A DNA stretch of 64,000 bases from Myxococcota bacterium (GCA_036149055.1 JAYZQJ010000248.1:1-64000), one strand, 5' to 3'; shown: positions 9,725-20,093, counted from the stretch's first letter. The notes: generated by a model from the letters alone, not told the origin. Numbers and translations: made by a program.

Positions 9725-11074
9725 ATGGGACTCGGGGATACGCTGAGCGAGAAGGACGGCCCCGACCGCAGGTTCGGTGAGACCCTCGACTCGGAGGAGC
9801 TGCTCCTCGACTCCTCGAGCGGCGACCTCGCGATGGAGCCCACCCAGGCGAGCGTGGCCCGGCCCGAGCTCCGCGACTCGCACCCGAGCTTCGACGAGGT
9901 CGAGGACGACCCCTTCGGCGATCTGAGCACCGGCGCGCACCTCGGCGGCCGCTACCGGCTCGAGAAGATCCTCGGCAAGGGGGCGACCGGCGTGGTCTTC
10001 GAGGCGAGCCACCTGGTGATCGGCAAGCGCGTCGCCCTGAAGTGCCTCTACCCGCACCACCGCGCGGCCACCAACGCGGTCGAGCGCTTCTTCCGCGAGG
10101 CGCGCATCGCCGCGACGGTGGAGCACCCGAACGTCATCCAGGTCTTCGACGGCGGCGACGAGAAGGAGACGCTCTTCCTCGCGATGGAGCTGCTCGACGG
10201 CGAGTCGCTCGGCGATCGGCTCGAGCGCGGCCCGCTCCCGCTCGACGAGGCGGTCGCGATCTTCGTCGAGATCATGGACGGCGTCGCGGCGGTGCACGAG
10301 CGAGGCGTGATCCACCGCGATCTCAAGCCCGACAACGTCTTCCTCGTCCGCCCGGTGCGCGGCGAGCGGCCCACCCCGAAGGTGCTCGACTTCGGGATCA
10401 GCAAGCTCAAGGAGCCGGGCCTGCGAGAGCTGACCTCGGCGGGCTCGGTGATGGGCACGCCCTACTACATGGCGCCGGAGCAGGTCGCGAACACCCGCGG
10501 CGTGGACCCGCGGGCCGACGTGTACTCGCTCGGGGTGATGCTCTACGAGGCGCTCTCCGGCGACGTGCCCTACGCGGCCGACTCGGTGCTCGACATCTTC
10601 CAGCGGCACGCCCAGGGCGGCGCGACGCCGCTCGACATGGTCCGCCGCGACGTCCCGCGCGAGCTCGCCGAGCTGGTCCGCAAGGCGATGGACCCGGAGT
10701 CCTCCAAGCGGTTCGCGAGCGTGCGCGAGATGCGGGACGCGCTCGCGGCGATCGTCCTGCCCGACACCGGCACGGTGGAGGCGCCGTCGGGCGAGGTCCG
10801 CATGACGGTGCGCGACGTGATGAGCCCCCTCTACCTCGCCGAGCGCGAGGCGCGCGAGAAGGCGCAGGAGAAGGACAAGGACACGGTCGACGACGACGAC
10901 GACGTCCGGTCGCCGCTGCACGGCGTCGACCCGGCGAGCCTGGACGCGAAGCGGACCCGGCCGATGCCGGCCCCGGTCGAGATCACGCCGCGCTGGGTCT
11001 GGCCCACGCTCATCGTGCTCGGCGTGACCACGTTCTTCTCGTTCGGCTTCGCGATCGTCGCGCTGATCCTCTGA
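9725..11074 (+). CDS. Ser/Thr protein kinase (Pkn2 type) with C-terminal TM anchor
   Basis: LGKGATGVV, VALK, HRDLKPDN, DFG, GTPYYMAPE, DVYSLG. Confidence 0.95.
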   Translation: MGLGDTLSEKDGPDRRFGETLDSEELLLDSSSGDLAMEPTQASVARPELRDSHPSFDEVEDDPFGDLSTGAHLGGRYRLEKILGKGATGVVFEASHLVIGKRVALKCLYPHHRAATNAVERFFREARIAATVEHPNVIQVFDGGDEKETLFLAMELLDGESLGDRLERGPLPLDEAVAIFVEIMDGVAAVHERGVIHRDLKPDNVFLVRPVRGERPTPKVLDFGISKLKEPGLRELTSAGSVMGTPYYMAPEQVANTRGVDPRADVYSLGVMLYEALSGDVPYAADSVLDIFQRHAQGGATPLDMVRRDVPRELAELVRKAMDPESSKRFASVREMRDALAAIVLPDTGTVEAPSGEVRMTVRDVMSPLYLAEREAREKAQEKDKDTVDDDDDVRSPLHGVDPASLDAKRTRPMPAPVEITPRWVWPTLIVLGVTTFFSFGFAIVALIL

Positions 11075-11088
11075 CCTCGCCGCGCTCC

Positions 11089-12354
11089 ATGGCCGAGTCC
11101 GCTCCTCGCAGCGCGCTGTCCCGGGCCCGGCGCCCTCTCCTCGGGCTGCTCTTCGTGATCGCCGCGACCGAGCTCGGCGCGGCCGCGGTCTGGTGGGGCA
11201 CCCAGGGCGCGCCCTTCTCGTATGCGGAGATGACGGAGCGCCGGCGCGCGCTCGGGGGCGAGGGCCTGCCGGCGGGCCCCGAGGCTCCCTTCATGAATCA
11301 CGAGATCTTGCACCCCTACGCGGGCTATCTCCACGACCCGGACCGCTACGAGGGCGGGGACATGCACGCGTGGCCCCACGGGGGCGGCCTCTTCGACACC
11401 GCGGACGAGGACTTCGTGGTGCTGGTCGTCGGCGGCTCGGTCGCCGGGCAGATCACGGGGCACCTCGAGGAGGCGATGGTCGAGGCGGGGCTGCCGCGCC
11501 CGATCCTCGTGGGGACCGCCGAGGGCGGCTACAAGCAGCCGCAGCAGCTGGCGATCGTGAGCTACCTGCTCTCGGTCGGCGCCCGCTTCGACGTGCTGAT
11601 CAACGTCGACGGCTTCAACGAGGCGGTCCTGCCGGTCACCGACAACATGCGCTTCGGTGTCTCACCGCACTACCCGCGGTCGTGGCACGAGCGCTTCGCC
11701 GACGCGCGCGACCGCCCGAGCCTCCGCCTCATCGGCGCGATCGTGCAGCGACAGGAGCGCCGGGCCGAGGTGGCCCGCTGGCTCTCCGGCTCCTGGCTCC
11801 GCTTCAGCGTCACCGCGAACGTGGCCTGGTCGTCCTGGGATCGCGGGCTGGAGGCCGAGCTGGCGGCGACCCGGGAGCGCCTGCGATCGCGAAGGGGCGG
11901 ACGCACGTATCGGACGCACGGCCCCCGCCCGCCGGAGCGCGAGGACGACACCCTGCGGTCCGCGGCGGACGTGTGGGCCCGCTCGTCGATCCTGCTCGAC
12001 CAGCTCGCCCGGGCGAACGGCTTCGTCTACCTCCACGTGCTGCAGCCGAACCAGTACCTGCCGGGCACCAAGCCCTTCACCGACGAGGAGCGGCGCCTCC
12101 ACATCCGCCGGGGCAGCACCTACGGCGCGGTCGCCGCCCAGGGCTACGACGCCCTCTTCGCCGCCGCGCCCCGCCTCGTGGAGGCCGGTGTCGACTTCCA
12201 CGACCTGACGCGCGTCTTCGAAGGCGACCCCCGCACCCTCTACGAGGACGACTGCTGCCACGTCAACGAGCTCGGCCGCCGCGCCCTCGCCGACCGCGTC
12301 GCCCAGCTCCTCGCCGCGCGCCTCGAGCGTCAGCGCGCCGCGGACGCCCCATAG
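11089..12354 (+). CDS. SGNH-like membrane-anchored protein
   Basis: N-terminal TM; VGGSVA, DGFNE, LQPNQY and DDCCHVNELG resemble SGNH blocks. Confidence 0.65.
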   Translation: MAESAPRSALSRARRPLLGLLFVIAATELGAAAVWWGTQGAPFSYAEMTERRRALGGEGLPAGPEAPFMNHEILHPYAGYLHDPDRYEGGDMHAWPHGGGLFDTADEDFVVLVVGGSVAGQITGHLEEAMVEAGLPRPILVGTAEGGYKQPQQLAIVSYLLSVGARFDVLINVDGFNEAVLPVTDNMRFGVSPHYPRSWHERFADARDRPSLRLIGAIVQRQERRAEVARWLSGSWLRFSVTANVAWSSWDRGLEAELAATRERLRSRRGGRTYRTHGPRPPEREDDTLRSAADVWARSSILLDQLARANGFVYLHVLQPNQYLPGTKPFTDEERRLHIRRGSTYGAVAAQGYDALFAAAPRLVEAGVDFHDLTRVFEGDPRTLYEDDCCHVNELGRRALADRVAQLLAARLERQRAADAP

Positions 12355-12393
12355 CCTGGTCGCTCGGGCCAGCTACGTGGGTTCGAAATCTCG

Positions 12394-12425
12394 CGCAAAG
12401 ACGCAATGACGCAATGACGCAAAGG
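12394..12425. repeat. Four tandem 8-mers CGCAA(A/T)G(A/G)
   Basis: cgcaaaga cgcaatga cgcaatga cgcaaagg between convergent genes; same core as the 32.6-34.3 kb arrays. Confidence 0.75.
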
Positions 12426-12489
12426 GCCTGGCGGCCGCGGGGCGAAGCTTCGTCGAGTCGGGTCAACCGGACCCGACCCCGCCCAATGG

Positions 12490-12732
12490 TCACAGCCAGC
12501 GGTAGAGGAGGAAGGCGACGGCGGCGATCAGGACGATGGTCCAGAGCACGTTGGAGAGGGTGCTCTCCTTCTGCTTCGGCTGGGAGTCGCCCGCGCCGAC
12601 CGCGGACTTGAAGCCGTTCCGCATGCTCTGCATCACCCCGCCGCCGCTCGCGGTCTTGGGCACGCCGGTGGACGCGGAGCTGGTGCCATCGCTGCCGCTC
12701 TTCTTCTTTCGCTTCTTGCGCTTCTTCGCCAT
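12490..12732 (-). CDS. Small protein with basic N-terminus and C-terminal TM helix
   Basis: MAKKRKKRKKK...VLWTIVLIAAVAFLLYRWL; GGAG upstream of ATG 12732. Confidence 0.7.
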   Translation of the reverse strand: MAKKRKKRKKKSGSDGTSSASTGVPKTASGGGVMQSMRNGFKSAVGAGDSQPKQKESTLSNVLWTIVLIAAVAFLLYRWL

Positions 12733-12763
12733 GGCTCCCCCGGAGGATAGCACCGGGGAGCGC

Positions 12764-13459
12764 TCATCGGCGCCGCTGTGCTTCTCCGGTCATGGGCACG
12801 AAGCGCACCGGGATGTGCCGCCGCCGGGGGAAGCCGTCCTCGGTCCGGGTCACCACGATCAGGTCCTGCACGCCGCGCCCCACCGGCACGACGAGGCGGC
12901 CGCCCACCGCGAGCTGCTCGAGCAGGGGCTCGGGGATCTCGGGCGGCGCGGCGGTCACGAGGACCGCGTCGAAGGGCGCGTGCTCCGGCCAGCCGCGGTA
13001 GCCGTCGCCGATCCGGGTGTGCACCCGGTCGTAGCCCAGCTCGGCGAGCAGCCGGCCCGCGCGCTCACCGAGGGGACGCACGATCTCGATCGACCACACC
13101 TCGCAGCCGAGCTCGGCGAGCACCGCCGCCTGGTAGCCGCTCCCGGTGCCGATCTCGAGCACCCGATCACCGGGCTCCAGGGCGGCCAACTGGGTCATGA
13201 GCGCCACGATGTAGGGCTGGCTGATGGTCTGCTCGTGCCCGATGGGGAGCGGGCGGTCGTCGTAGGCCCAGGGCCGCTGCGCGGCGGGCACGAAGCGGTG
13301 ACGCGGGACCCGTCGCATCGCGGCCAGCACCCGCTCGTCGGTGATGTCGCGCGCCGCCAGCTGCCGCCGCACCATCTCCGCCGCGTCGCTCTCCTGCTGG
13401 GCCTCCGCGCAGGTGGAGAGCGCGAGGATCGAGGCGAACACGAAGGCGGCGCGGGGCAC
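12764..13459 (-). CDS. pcm: Protein-L-isoaspartate O-methyltransferase
   Basis: [51 protein letters not shown]. Confidence 0.95.
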   Translation of the reverse strand: MPRAAFVFASILALSTCAEAQQESDAAEMVRRQLAARDITDERVLAAMRRVPRHRFVPAAQRPWAYDDRPLPIGHEQTISQPYIVALMTQLAALEPGDRVLEIGTGSGYQAAVLAELGCEVWSIEIVRPLGERAGRLLAELGYDRVHTRIGDGYRGWPEHAPFDAVLVTAAPPEIPEPLLEQLAVGGRLVVPVGRGVQDLIVVTRTEDGFPRRRHIPVRFVPMTGEAQRRR

Positions 13460-13469
13460 GGTGGGGGAG

Positions 13470-16412
13470 CTAGTCCCCGGAGGCCCGCGCGCTCGCGCCG
13501 AGCCGGGCCAGGGCGACGCGGAGCTGGCGCGCGTCGAACGGCTTGCGCAGGAGCGGCACCTGCTTCTTCGGGTCGGGCCACTCGAAGGCGAACCCGGTGA
13601 TCAGCAGACACGGCATCCCGGGCCGGAGCGTGCGGGCGCGATCGATCAGCTCGGTGCCGGTCAGGCCGGGCATCACCTGATCGGTGATCATCGCGTCGAC
13701 GCGCTCGCCGGACTCGAGCACCTCGAGCGCCTCGCCGGCGTCGGCGGCGAGGATCACGTCGTAGTCGTCCCGGACGAGCAGCCGCTGGAGGGTGCGGAGG
13801 ACCTGCGGCTCGTCGTCGACCACCAGCAAGGTCGCCCCCGGCATGGTCGCGGTGACGTCCTCCGCGTCCTCGCGGCGCGTCGACGCGGGCACCGGCAGGA
13901 GGATGGAGAAGACGCTCCCCGTGCCCTCGACGCTCCGGACGGTGATGCAGCCGCCGTACTGGCTCGCGATGCCGTAGCAGGTGGAGAGCCCGAGGCCGGT
14001 GCCGCCCGCCCCCTTCGTGGTGAAGAACGGATCGAAGATCCGCTCGGTCAGCGCCTCGGGGATGCCGACGCCGGTGTCGGCGACCTCGACGTGCACGTAG
14101 CGACCGGGCGCGAGGCCGTGGGAGCGCCCCTGCTCGCCATCCAGATAGCTGGTGAAGATCCTCATCTCGATGCGGCCGTCTTCGCGGATCGCGTCGCGGG
14201 CGTTGAGGGCCAGGTTCATCACGACCTGCTCGAGCTGGTGTCCGTCCAGCGCGACGCGCGTCGGCTCGTCGGGCAGGTCGAGGCGGAGCGCGATGCCCGC
14301 CGGGAGCGTGCGTCGAAGCAAGCGAGCCGCCTTGCGCACGGTGGCGACCGCGTCGACCTCCGCGTCGGTCGGCGGCTGCTTCCGGGCGAAGGACATCAGG
14401 TCGCGCACGATCTTCGCGGCGTCGTCGCAGGTGGTGAGGATCGTGTCGAGGTCCTCGGCCGCCGGGTGCTCGGGGCCCACCGACTCGAGCGCGAGATCCG
14501 CCGACCCCATGATCACGGCGAGCAGGTTGTTGAAGTTGTGGGCGAGCCCGCCGGTCAGGTGCCCGATCGCCTCCATGCGCTGGGCGTGCTGGAGCTGGGC
14601 CTCGAGGCGCTTGCGCTCGCTGACGTCGCGCAGCACCAGCGCGATCTGCGGCGGCCCCTCGTCGCGCGTCACCGGGAGGACGGCGGCCTCGAACGTCCGC
14701 TCGTCGCCCTCGAGGCGCGCCTCGCCCACCCAGACGTCGCCCCGCAGGGCGTTCTGGACGAGCTGCTCGGCCGGCGGCGCCGCGGTGAGCGCCACCGCGT
14801 CCTCGACCAGCTCGCCCACCTCGAAGCGGTCCGGCAGGTGCATCGTCACCGCGGTGTTCCAGTCGACGACCCGGGCCTCGCGATCGAGGATCAGGAGCGG
14901 GTCGGTGGCGGCGCGCAGGAGGTGCATCGCGGCGGGGGAGGCGGCGGCCGTCTGCTCGACCAGCTGCCGGAGCGGGCCCACCGCGGCCACCTCACCGGGG
15001 TGCCAGCCGGCGCTCCGCCCCCGGGACTCCTCCCGCCAGACCTCGAACGATCCACGCGGCTGCAGGCGCCCGTCCGGCCCGCGCGCCAGGTCCTCCGTGG
15101 GATCACCCGCCCAGGTGACCGTCTTGCGCTGCTCGGGTCGGAACCAGAGGAACCACGCGCTCCCGCTCCCGTCGAGGCGCAGCGCGATCAGGCCGGCGGC
15201 GACCTCGGCCAGCGCGGCCCCGGGCGGCCACTCGTCGCCGAGCCGACGGGTCACGAAGAGCCGCTCGGGACGGGGCGCCAGCCAGGCGACCAGCGCCTCG
15301 AGATCCGCACGGGCCGGCACCTCGCCCGCGGTCCGCACCTGGTTCGCCATCACCATCGCGATCCCCGCCGCGTCGGGCACGCGGCGCAGCTCGTCGAGCC
15401 GGCCAGCGAGCGCGGCCGTGACCCCCTGGCGGGTGTCGAGGCCCTCGAGGATCTGGTCCAGCCGTCGGCGACCTCGCGCCGCGATCTCCGCGTTCTCGAG
15501 CCGCTCCTGGCGCTCGGCCAGGACCGAGAGCATCTGCGAGAGCAGGTGGGTGAGCGCGACGAGCGAGGGCGGGGCCGGCCGGGGCGAGAGGTGGTGGCAG
15601 GCGACCAGGCCCCAGAGCCGATCCTTCCGGACCAGGCTGATCGCGAGGCTGGAGCGCACGCCCATGTTCGACAGGTACCGGAGGTGGATGGGCGAGACGG
15701 CGCGGTAGGTGGCCCCCGACAGATCCAGGTCCTGACCGAGGATCGGGCTCGGGGTGTAGTGGACGTCCTCGATCACCCGGGATCGGTTGAGCACGAACAG
15801 GCGCCGCGCCTGAGCGGGGATGTCGGCCGCCGGATAGTGCAGGCCCAGGTAGCTCTCGAGGTCGGCGCGCTTCGACTCCGCCGCGACGTGCCCGGAGTCG
15901 TCGTCGTCGAAGCGGTAGACCATCACCCGGTCGTAGCCGGTGAGCTGCCGGATCCGTCGGGCGAAGAGGCTCATCAGCCCGGCGAGGTCGGCGGCCCCGT
16001 CGAGCTCGTGCACGTCGACGAGGGAGTGGAAGCGGTCGCTGAGATCGGCCGCCGGGTCGGCGTCCAGGCAGGCCTCGAGCACCACCCGCTCGGCGCCGAG
16101 CTCACGGTGGACGAAGACCGCGAGCACGCGGCCCCCCCACGGGTAGCGCCGCAGCACGCGTGTCGGCGCGGCCGGCAGCTCGGCCAGGTCGTTCGCGATG
16201 AGGGCGGCCGTCGCCGCTCCCCACACCTCGGTCAGCGTCTCACCGAGCAGCGACGCGGCCGGGCGGTCGAAGAGCGCGACCACGTTCTCGCTCGCCGACA
16301 CGACGGTGAGCGGGTCCCCCTCGAGCGCGAGCAGGCAGCCCGCGGGTCGCACCGCCCCGATCCGGTGGATCGGCTCGGCGGCGCACTCCTCCAGCTTCTC
16401 GGCGTCGATCAT
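13470..16412 (-). CDS. Bacteriophytochrome hybrid histidine kinase (PAS-GAF-PHY-PAS-HisKA-HATPase-REC)
   Basis: N-terminal [10 protein letters not shown] (bilin Cys), [49 protein letters not shown], receiver TDQVMPG. Confidence 0.93.
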   Translation of the reverse strand: MIDAEKLEECAAEPIHRIGAVRPAGCLLALEGDPLTVVSASENVVALFDRPAASLLGETLTEVWGAATAALIANDLAELPAAPTRVLRRYPWGGRVLAVFVHRELGAERVVLEACLDADPAADLSDRFHSLVDVHELDGAADLAGLMSLFARRIRQLTGYDRVMVYRFDDDDSGHVAAESKRADLESYLGLHYPAADIPAQARRLFVLNRSRVIEDVHYTPSPILGQDLDLSGATYRAVSPIHLRYLSNMGVRSSLAISLVRKDRLWGLVACHHLSPRPAPPSLVALTHLLSQMLSVLAERQERLENAEIAARGRRRLDQILEGLDTRQGVTAALAGRLDELRRVPDAAGIAMVMANQVRTAGEVPARADLEALVAWLAPRPERLFVTRRLGDEWPPGAALAEVAAGLIALRLDGSGSAWFLWFRPEQRKTVTWAGDPTEDLARGPDGRLQPRGSFEVWREESRGRSAGWHPGEVAAVGPLRQLVEQTAAASPAAMHLLRAATDPLLILDREARVVDWNTAVTMHLPDRFEVGELVEDAVALTAAPPAEQLVQNALRGDVWVGEARLEGDERTFEAAVLPVTRDEGPPQIALVLRDVSERKRLEAQLQHAQRMEAIGHLTGGLAHNFNNLLAVIMGSADLALESVGPEHPAAEDLDTILTTCDDAAKIVRDLMSFARKQPPTDAEVDAVATVRKAARLLRRTLPAGIALRLDLPDEPTRVALDGHQLEQVVMNLALNARDAIREDGRIEMRIFTSYLDGEQGRSHGLAPGRYVHVEVADTGVGIPEALTERIFDPFFTTKGAGGTGLGLSTCYGIASQYGGCITVRSVEGTGSVFSILLPVPASTRREDAEDVTATMPGATLLVVDDEPQVLRTLQRLLVRDDYDVILAADAGEALEVLESGERVDAMITDQVMPGLTGTELIDRARTLRPGMPCLLITGFAFEWPDPKKQVPLLRKPFDARQLRVALARLGASARASGD

Positions 16413-16436
16413 CGACGAGTCCCCCTGGGGGAGACT

Positions 16437-18815
16437 CTAGCAGCGTCGGCGGCGGAGCGAGACCAGCAAGGCGAGCAGCAGGGCAGCGCCGGCGGGGATC
16501 GGGGAGCGCCCCGCCGCCGCGCAGCCGCAGCCTCCGGTGAGCGCCCGGCTCCCGTCGGCCCCGCCGTCGGGGAGGAGCGCCGAGGCGTCGCGGAGGCACC
16601 CGGTCTCGTCGACGAACCCGTCGCAGTCGTCGTCGGTCCCGTTGCAGGTCTCGGCCGCGGCGTGCTCGTCCACGAGCCCGTCGCAGTCGTCGTCGGTCTC
16701 GTTGCACATCTCGGCCATCGCCGCCTCGTCGACCACGCCGTCGCAGTCGTCGTCGGCCGCGTTGCAGATCTCCATCGTCGCCACGCAGGCGCGCCCCGCG
16801 CTCAGGATGGTCGACCAGTAGCGGTGCGCGTCCCAGCCGCCGTCGTTGGTCATCTCGCCGAGCTCGATCGCCTCGCTCGAGAAGCCGGCGCCCTCGGAGA
16901 GGTGGCAGCGCCAGCCCGCGCCCGCCCGCGCGCAGAGATCGTCGAGGCCGTCGCCGTTCAGATCGGCCAGGCGCACGGTCTGGTAGTGCCGGGCGCGCCG
17001 CCAGCCGACGTCGTCCGCCCACGCGGGGCCGTCCACGCGCTCCCAGCCGCTCGCGCGCCGCGCCCAGCAGAGCATGCCCGCGTCGGCCCGGGCGCAGAGG
17101 TCCTCGGCCCCGTCCCCGTCCACGTCGCCGGCGCGGAGGGTCGCGTAGTTCGTCTGGTCGTCCCAGCCGCTGTCGTTGGAGAGCTCGGCCACGCGCTCGG
17201 CGTCACCGAAGCCCTCGCCGGAGAAGAGGTGGCAGGAGAGGTCGCGCGAGCTCCGCGCGCAGACGTCGTCGTCCCCGTCGCCGTCCACGTCGAGCATGCG
17301 GATGGTGCTCCAGTAGCGTCGGTGCCCCCACCCGTTCTCGTCGCTCCACGCGGGGCCGTCGATCCGGGTCGGGAAGCCGGTGCCGTCCGAGAGCCAGCAC
17401 TCGAAGCCGCTCGCGCTCCGGCCGCAGAGATCGGCGCGGCGGTCGCCGTTCACGTCGGCCAGCCGGATGGTCCCGTACTGTCGAGCCGCGCCCCAGCCCT
17501 CGTCGTTCGACCAGGCGGGGCCCTCGACCACGTCGACGAAGGCCTCGCCGTCGCTGAGCCAGCAGCGCATGCCCGCGTTGCGGCGCGCGCAGAGATCGTC
17601 CCGCCCGTCGCCGTTCACGTCGCCGAGGCGCAGGGTCGTGTAGTTGTCGGGCTGACCCCAGCCGTTGTCGTCGCTGACGCCGTCCTTCCACATCGCGCTC
17701 GGACCGAAGGCGCCGCCCTGCGAGAGCGCGCAGTACACGCCGGCGTTGCCCCGCGCGCAGACGTCGGCGAGCCCGTCGCCGTTCACGTCGCCCATGCGCA
17801 GCGTCGCGTAGTTCGTCACGTCGTCCCAGCCGCTGTCGTCGCCCCAGTCGGTCGCCGCGATCTCCTCGCGCCATCCGCTCGCGTTCGACGGCCAGCAGCG
17901 GACCCCGACGTAGCCGCGCGCGCAGACGTCCGCGGTGCCGTCGCCGTCGATGTCGGTCGACTCCGGAGGCGCGTAGGCGGAGGGCTGATCGTGCAGGAGA
18001 TCGATCTCGCAGACGTCGCCCGAGTCGGGGGTGCCGTCGCAGTCGTCGTCCTCGCCGTTGCATCGCTCGGGCTGCGGCGTCGGCGCGTCGCAGCTCCCCC
18101 AGCGGCCGCCCGAGCAGCTCTCGCGGCCGTTGCCGCACGCGGTCGAGCAGACGCGGGTGACGCCCTCGTCGGTGCGCCCGTCGCAGTCGTCGTCGCGCCC
18201 GTTGCAGGACTCGGCGCTCGGGCTGCACGTGCTGCACGCGGTCCCCGGCGCCTCGCGGTAGGCGCGCTGCTGGACCCAGCGGGTGGTGGACGGCCCGCAG
18301 CGCCCCGAGAACATGTCGGTCGACGCCGCGCCCGAGCTGCGCCGATAGCCCAGGTGCAGGTGGGGCCCGGAGCTGCTGCCGCTCGAGGCGGAGCGCCCGA
18401 TGACCTGCCCGCAGCTCACCGAGGCGCCGTTGCTCACCCGGAGCGAGTTGCGCTGCATGTGACAGTAGATCGTGCGCGATCCGTCGGAGTGCGTGATCGC
18501 GACGTAGTTGCCGCAGCGGCCGCCGCAGGGGTTGCCGACGTAGCCGGTGTTCGCGCAGCCGTTGTAGGTCGCGGTCACGCGGCCGGCCTGGGCGGCCCGG
18601 ATCTCGGTGCCGGTCGGCGTGCCGAAGTCCATCCCGGTGTGGCCGTCGTAGCAGGCGCCGCCGCAGTTGTAGTCGGTGCACCCGCCGCCGCCGCGGTGAT
18701 CGAAGCCGTAGTTGAGGCGGTAGTTGGGCGAGTACGGTCGGCGGAAGCGGACCTGGGCGTCGGCCACCGAGGCGAAGCCGAGCGCGAGCGCGAACGCGCA
18801 GACGAAGGCTCTCAT
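16437..18815 (-). CDS. Secreted M23 peptidase with Cys-rich repeats, FG-GAP/VCBS-type propeller and MYXO-CTERM anchor
   Basis: Signal peptide; HTGMD and HLH zinc motifs; CNGxDDDCDG repeats; about seven DVNGDGxxDLCAR repeats; C-terminal GGCGC + TM + RRRR. Confidence 0.88.
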   Translation of the reverse strand: MRAFVCAFALALGFASVADAQVRFRRPYSPNYRLNYGFDHRGGGGCTDYNCGGACYDGHTGMDFGTPTGTEIRAAQAGRVTATYNGCANTGYVGNPCGGRCGNYVAITHSDGSRTIYCHMQRNSLRVSNGASVSCGQVIGRSASSGSSSGPHLHLGYRRSSGAASTDMFSGRCGPSTTRWVQQRAYREAPGTACSTCSPSAESCNGRDDDCDGRTDEGVTRVCSTACGNGRESCSGGRWGSCDAPTPQPERCNGEDDDCDGTPDSGDVCEIDLLHDQPSAYAPPESTDIDGDGTADVCARGYVGVRCWPSNASGWREEIAATDWGDDSGWDDVTNYATLRMGDVNGDGLADVCARGNAGVYCALSQGGAFGPSAMWKDGVSDDNGWGQPDNYTTLRLGDVNGDGRDDLCARRNAGMRCWLSDGEAFVDVVEGPAWSNDEGWGAARQYGTIRLADVNGDRRADLCGRSASGFECWLSDGTGFPTRIDGPAWSDENGWGHRRYWSTIRMLDVDGDGDDDVCARSSRDLSCHLFSGEGFGDAERVAELSNDSGWDDQTNYATLRAGDVDGDGAEDLCARADAGMLCWARRASGWERVDGPAWADDVGWRRARHYQTVRLADLNGDGLDDLCARAGAGWRCHLSEGAGFSSEAIELGEMTNDGGWDAHRYWSTILSAGRACVATMEICNAADDDCDGVVDEAAMAEMCNETDDDCDGLVDEHAAAETCNGTDDDCDGFVDETGCLRDASALLPDGGADGSRALTGGCGCAAAGRSPIPAGAALLLALLVSLRRRRC

Positions 18816-19537
18816 CGCCCACCTCCGATCGCGAGCCGGACCTCGTCGCCCGCCTCGTCCTCGAAGATCAGGTCGCCGCCCTCCACCCGCGAGGCCCGGA
18901 CCGACGACGGGAAGCGCTCCGTCTCGATCACCTCCGGCTCTCCGTCACCGAGCCGCAGGAGCCGCGGGCCACCGGTCGCGCCGCTGACCACGTAGATCTC
19001 ACCGTCCGGGCCGAGCGCCGGGTTCCAGGTGGGCGCGAGGTCGTGGCTCACCTGGGCGCGCTCGCCGGTGCGCACGTCGGCCCGCGCCACCTCGAGGAAC
19101 GGCGGGTCACCGATCGTGTAGACCAGGGCCGCGCCCCGGACCCCGATCGGGCCGTGCACCGCCTCGTCGACCACCGAGACCTCGGCGCCCCGATGCACCT
19201 CGAGGTGATGGTCGGGCGTGATCACCGCGACCGCGCCGTCGACGAAGCGGGCGTCGAGCACCGAGGCGCCGTCGAGCCCGGGCGCCAGGGTCGCCGGCTC
19301 CACCCGCAGGGTCACCACGCGGTCCGGGTCGGCGTTGGGCGGCGCCTCGCGCGGGAGCCCGAGCAGGCGACCCGTCGGCGAGGTGTCGAGCGCGATCCAC
19401 CCGCCCTCCTCCGCGTCGCGTCCCTCGGCCAGGGCCTCGGCCTCGACCTGCGGCGCCTGGACGCGAGCCGGGTCGGTGGGCTCGGATCCGCAACCGAGGA
19501 GCCACAACGACGCTCCACACAGCAGCCCACGGCTCAT
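18812..19537 (-). CDS. Hypothetical lipoprotein, beta-propeller-like
   Basis: Lipobox LLGC; TWNPALGPDG resembles a TolB-like repeat; stop overlaps the M23 start (ATGA). Confidence 0.65.
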   Translation of the reverse strand: MSRGLLCGASLWLLGCGSEPTDPARVQAPQVEAEALAEGRDAEEGGWIALDTSPTGRLLGLPREAPPNADPDRVVTLRVEPATLAPGLDGASVLDARFVDGAVAVITPDHHLEVHRGAEVSVVDEAVHGPIGVRGAALVYTIGDPPFLEVARADVRTGERAQVSHDLAPTWNPALGPDGEIYVVSGATGGPRLLRLGDGEPEVIETERFPSSVRASRVEGGDLIFEDEAGDEVRLAIGGGR

Positions 19538-19681
19538 GGCTCCACACTTCATGTGGAACCCAGCTTACAAGGATCGTGCCCTCGTCCGCTCGAAATGGAA
19601 TCGTCGGGGGCTGCGGCACTCAGGCCGCGTCCTTCGGTCCGAACGGGCACGATCGCCCGCCCCGCACCGTTCAGCTTCTGG

Positions 19682-20038
19682 TCAGCGCCCGAACTTCGCG
19701 GTGACGTCGGCCGCGGTGCCGGCGTGCACGAGGGCGTGCGTGCTGAGGGAGCCGTCGTAGCGGAGCACCCAGTAGTAGCCGATGTTGCTGCGGTACACGC
19801 CGAGGTGGCGGCCGTCCTGGAAGGCGCGCGACCAGCGCTCGTCGGAGGTGCGGTCGGCGAGCTTCAGCGCGCGCTGCGCCTTGTCGGAGAGCGGGGTCGG
19901 GCCGTTGCCCCAGCTGTAGCGCTTGTAGAGCGCGCTCAGGTCGATCCGCTTGTCCGTCGCGTCCACCTCGCGCCCGTCGCGGAGCTTCCGGTCGACCGCC
20001 AGGATGTGCTTCTCGACTTCTTCCGACGAGGTGTGCAT
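19682..20038 (-). CDS. Hypothetical protein, possible degenerate RelE/ParE-like fold
   Basis: Only the 3' third of the 328 aa ORF looks protein-like (MHTSSEEVEK...); start uncertain. Confidence 0.55.
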   Translation of the reverse strand: MHTSSEEVEKHILAVDRKLRDGREVDATDKRIDLSALYKRYSWGNGPTPLSDKAQRALKLADRTSDERWSRAFQDGRHLGVYRSNIGYYWVLRYDGSLSTHALVHAGTAADVTAKFGR

Positions 20039-20093
20039 GCGGCCCGCAGGGTAGCGCATTCGCGCCCGCTTCGGATCCGGGACATCATGGGCC

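Noticed and set aside
13341..18995. 1884 aa plus-strand ORF and similar long ORFs (54..1652, 38398..41514, 48298..50832)
   Set aside because: Antisense shadows of genuine genes, expected at very high GC; no recognisable motifs.
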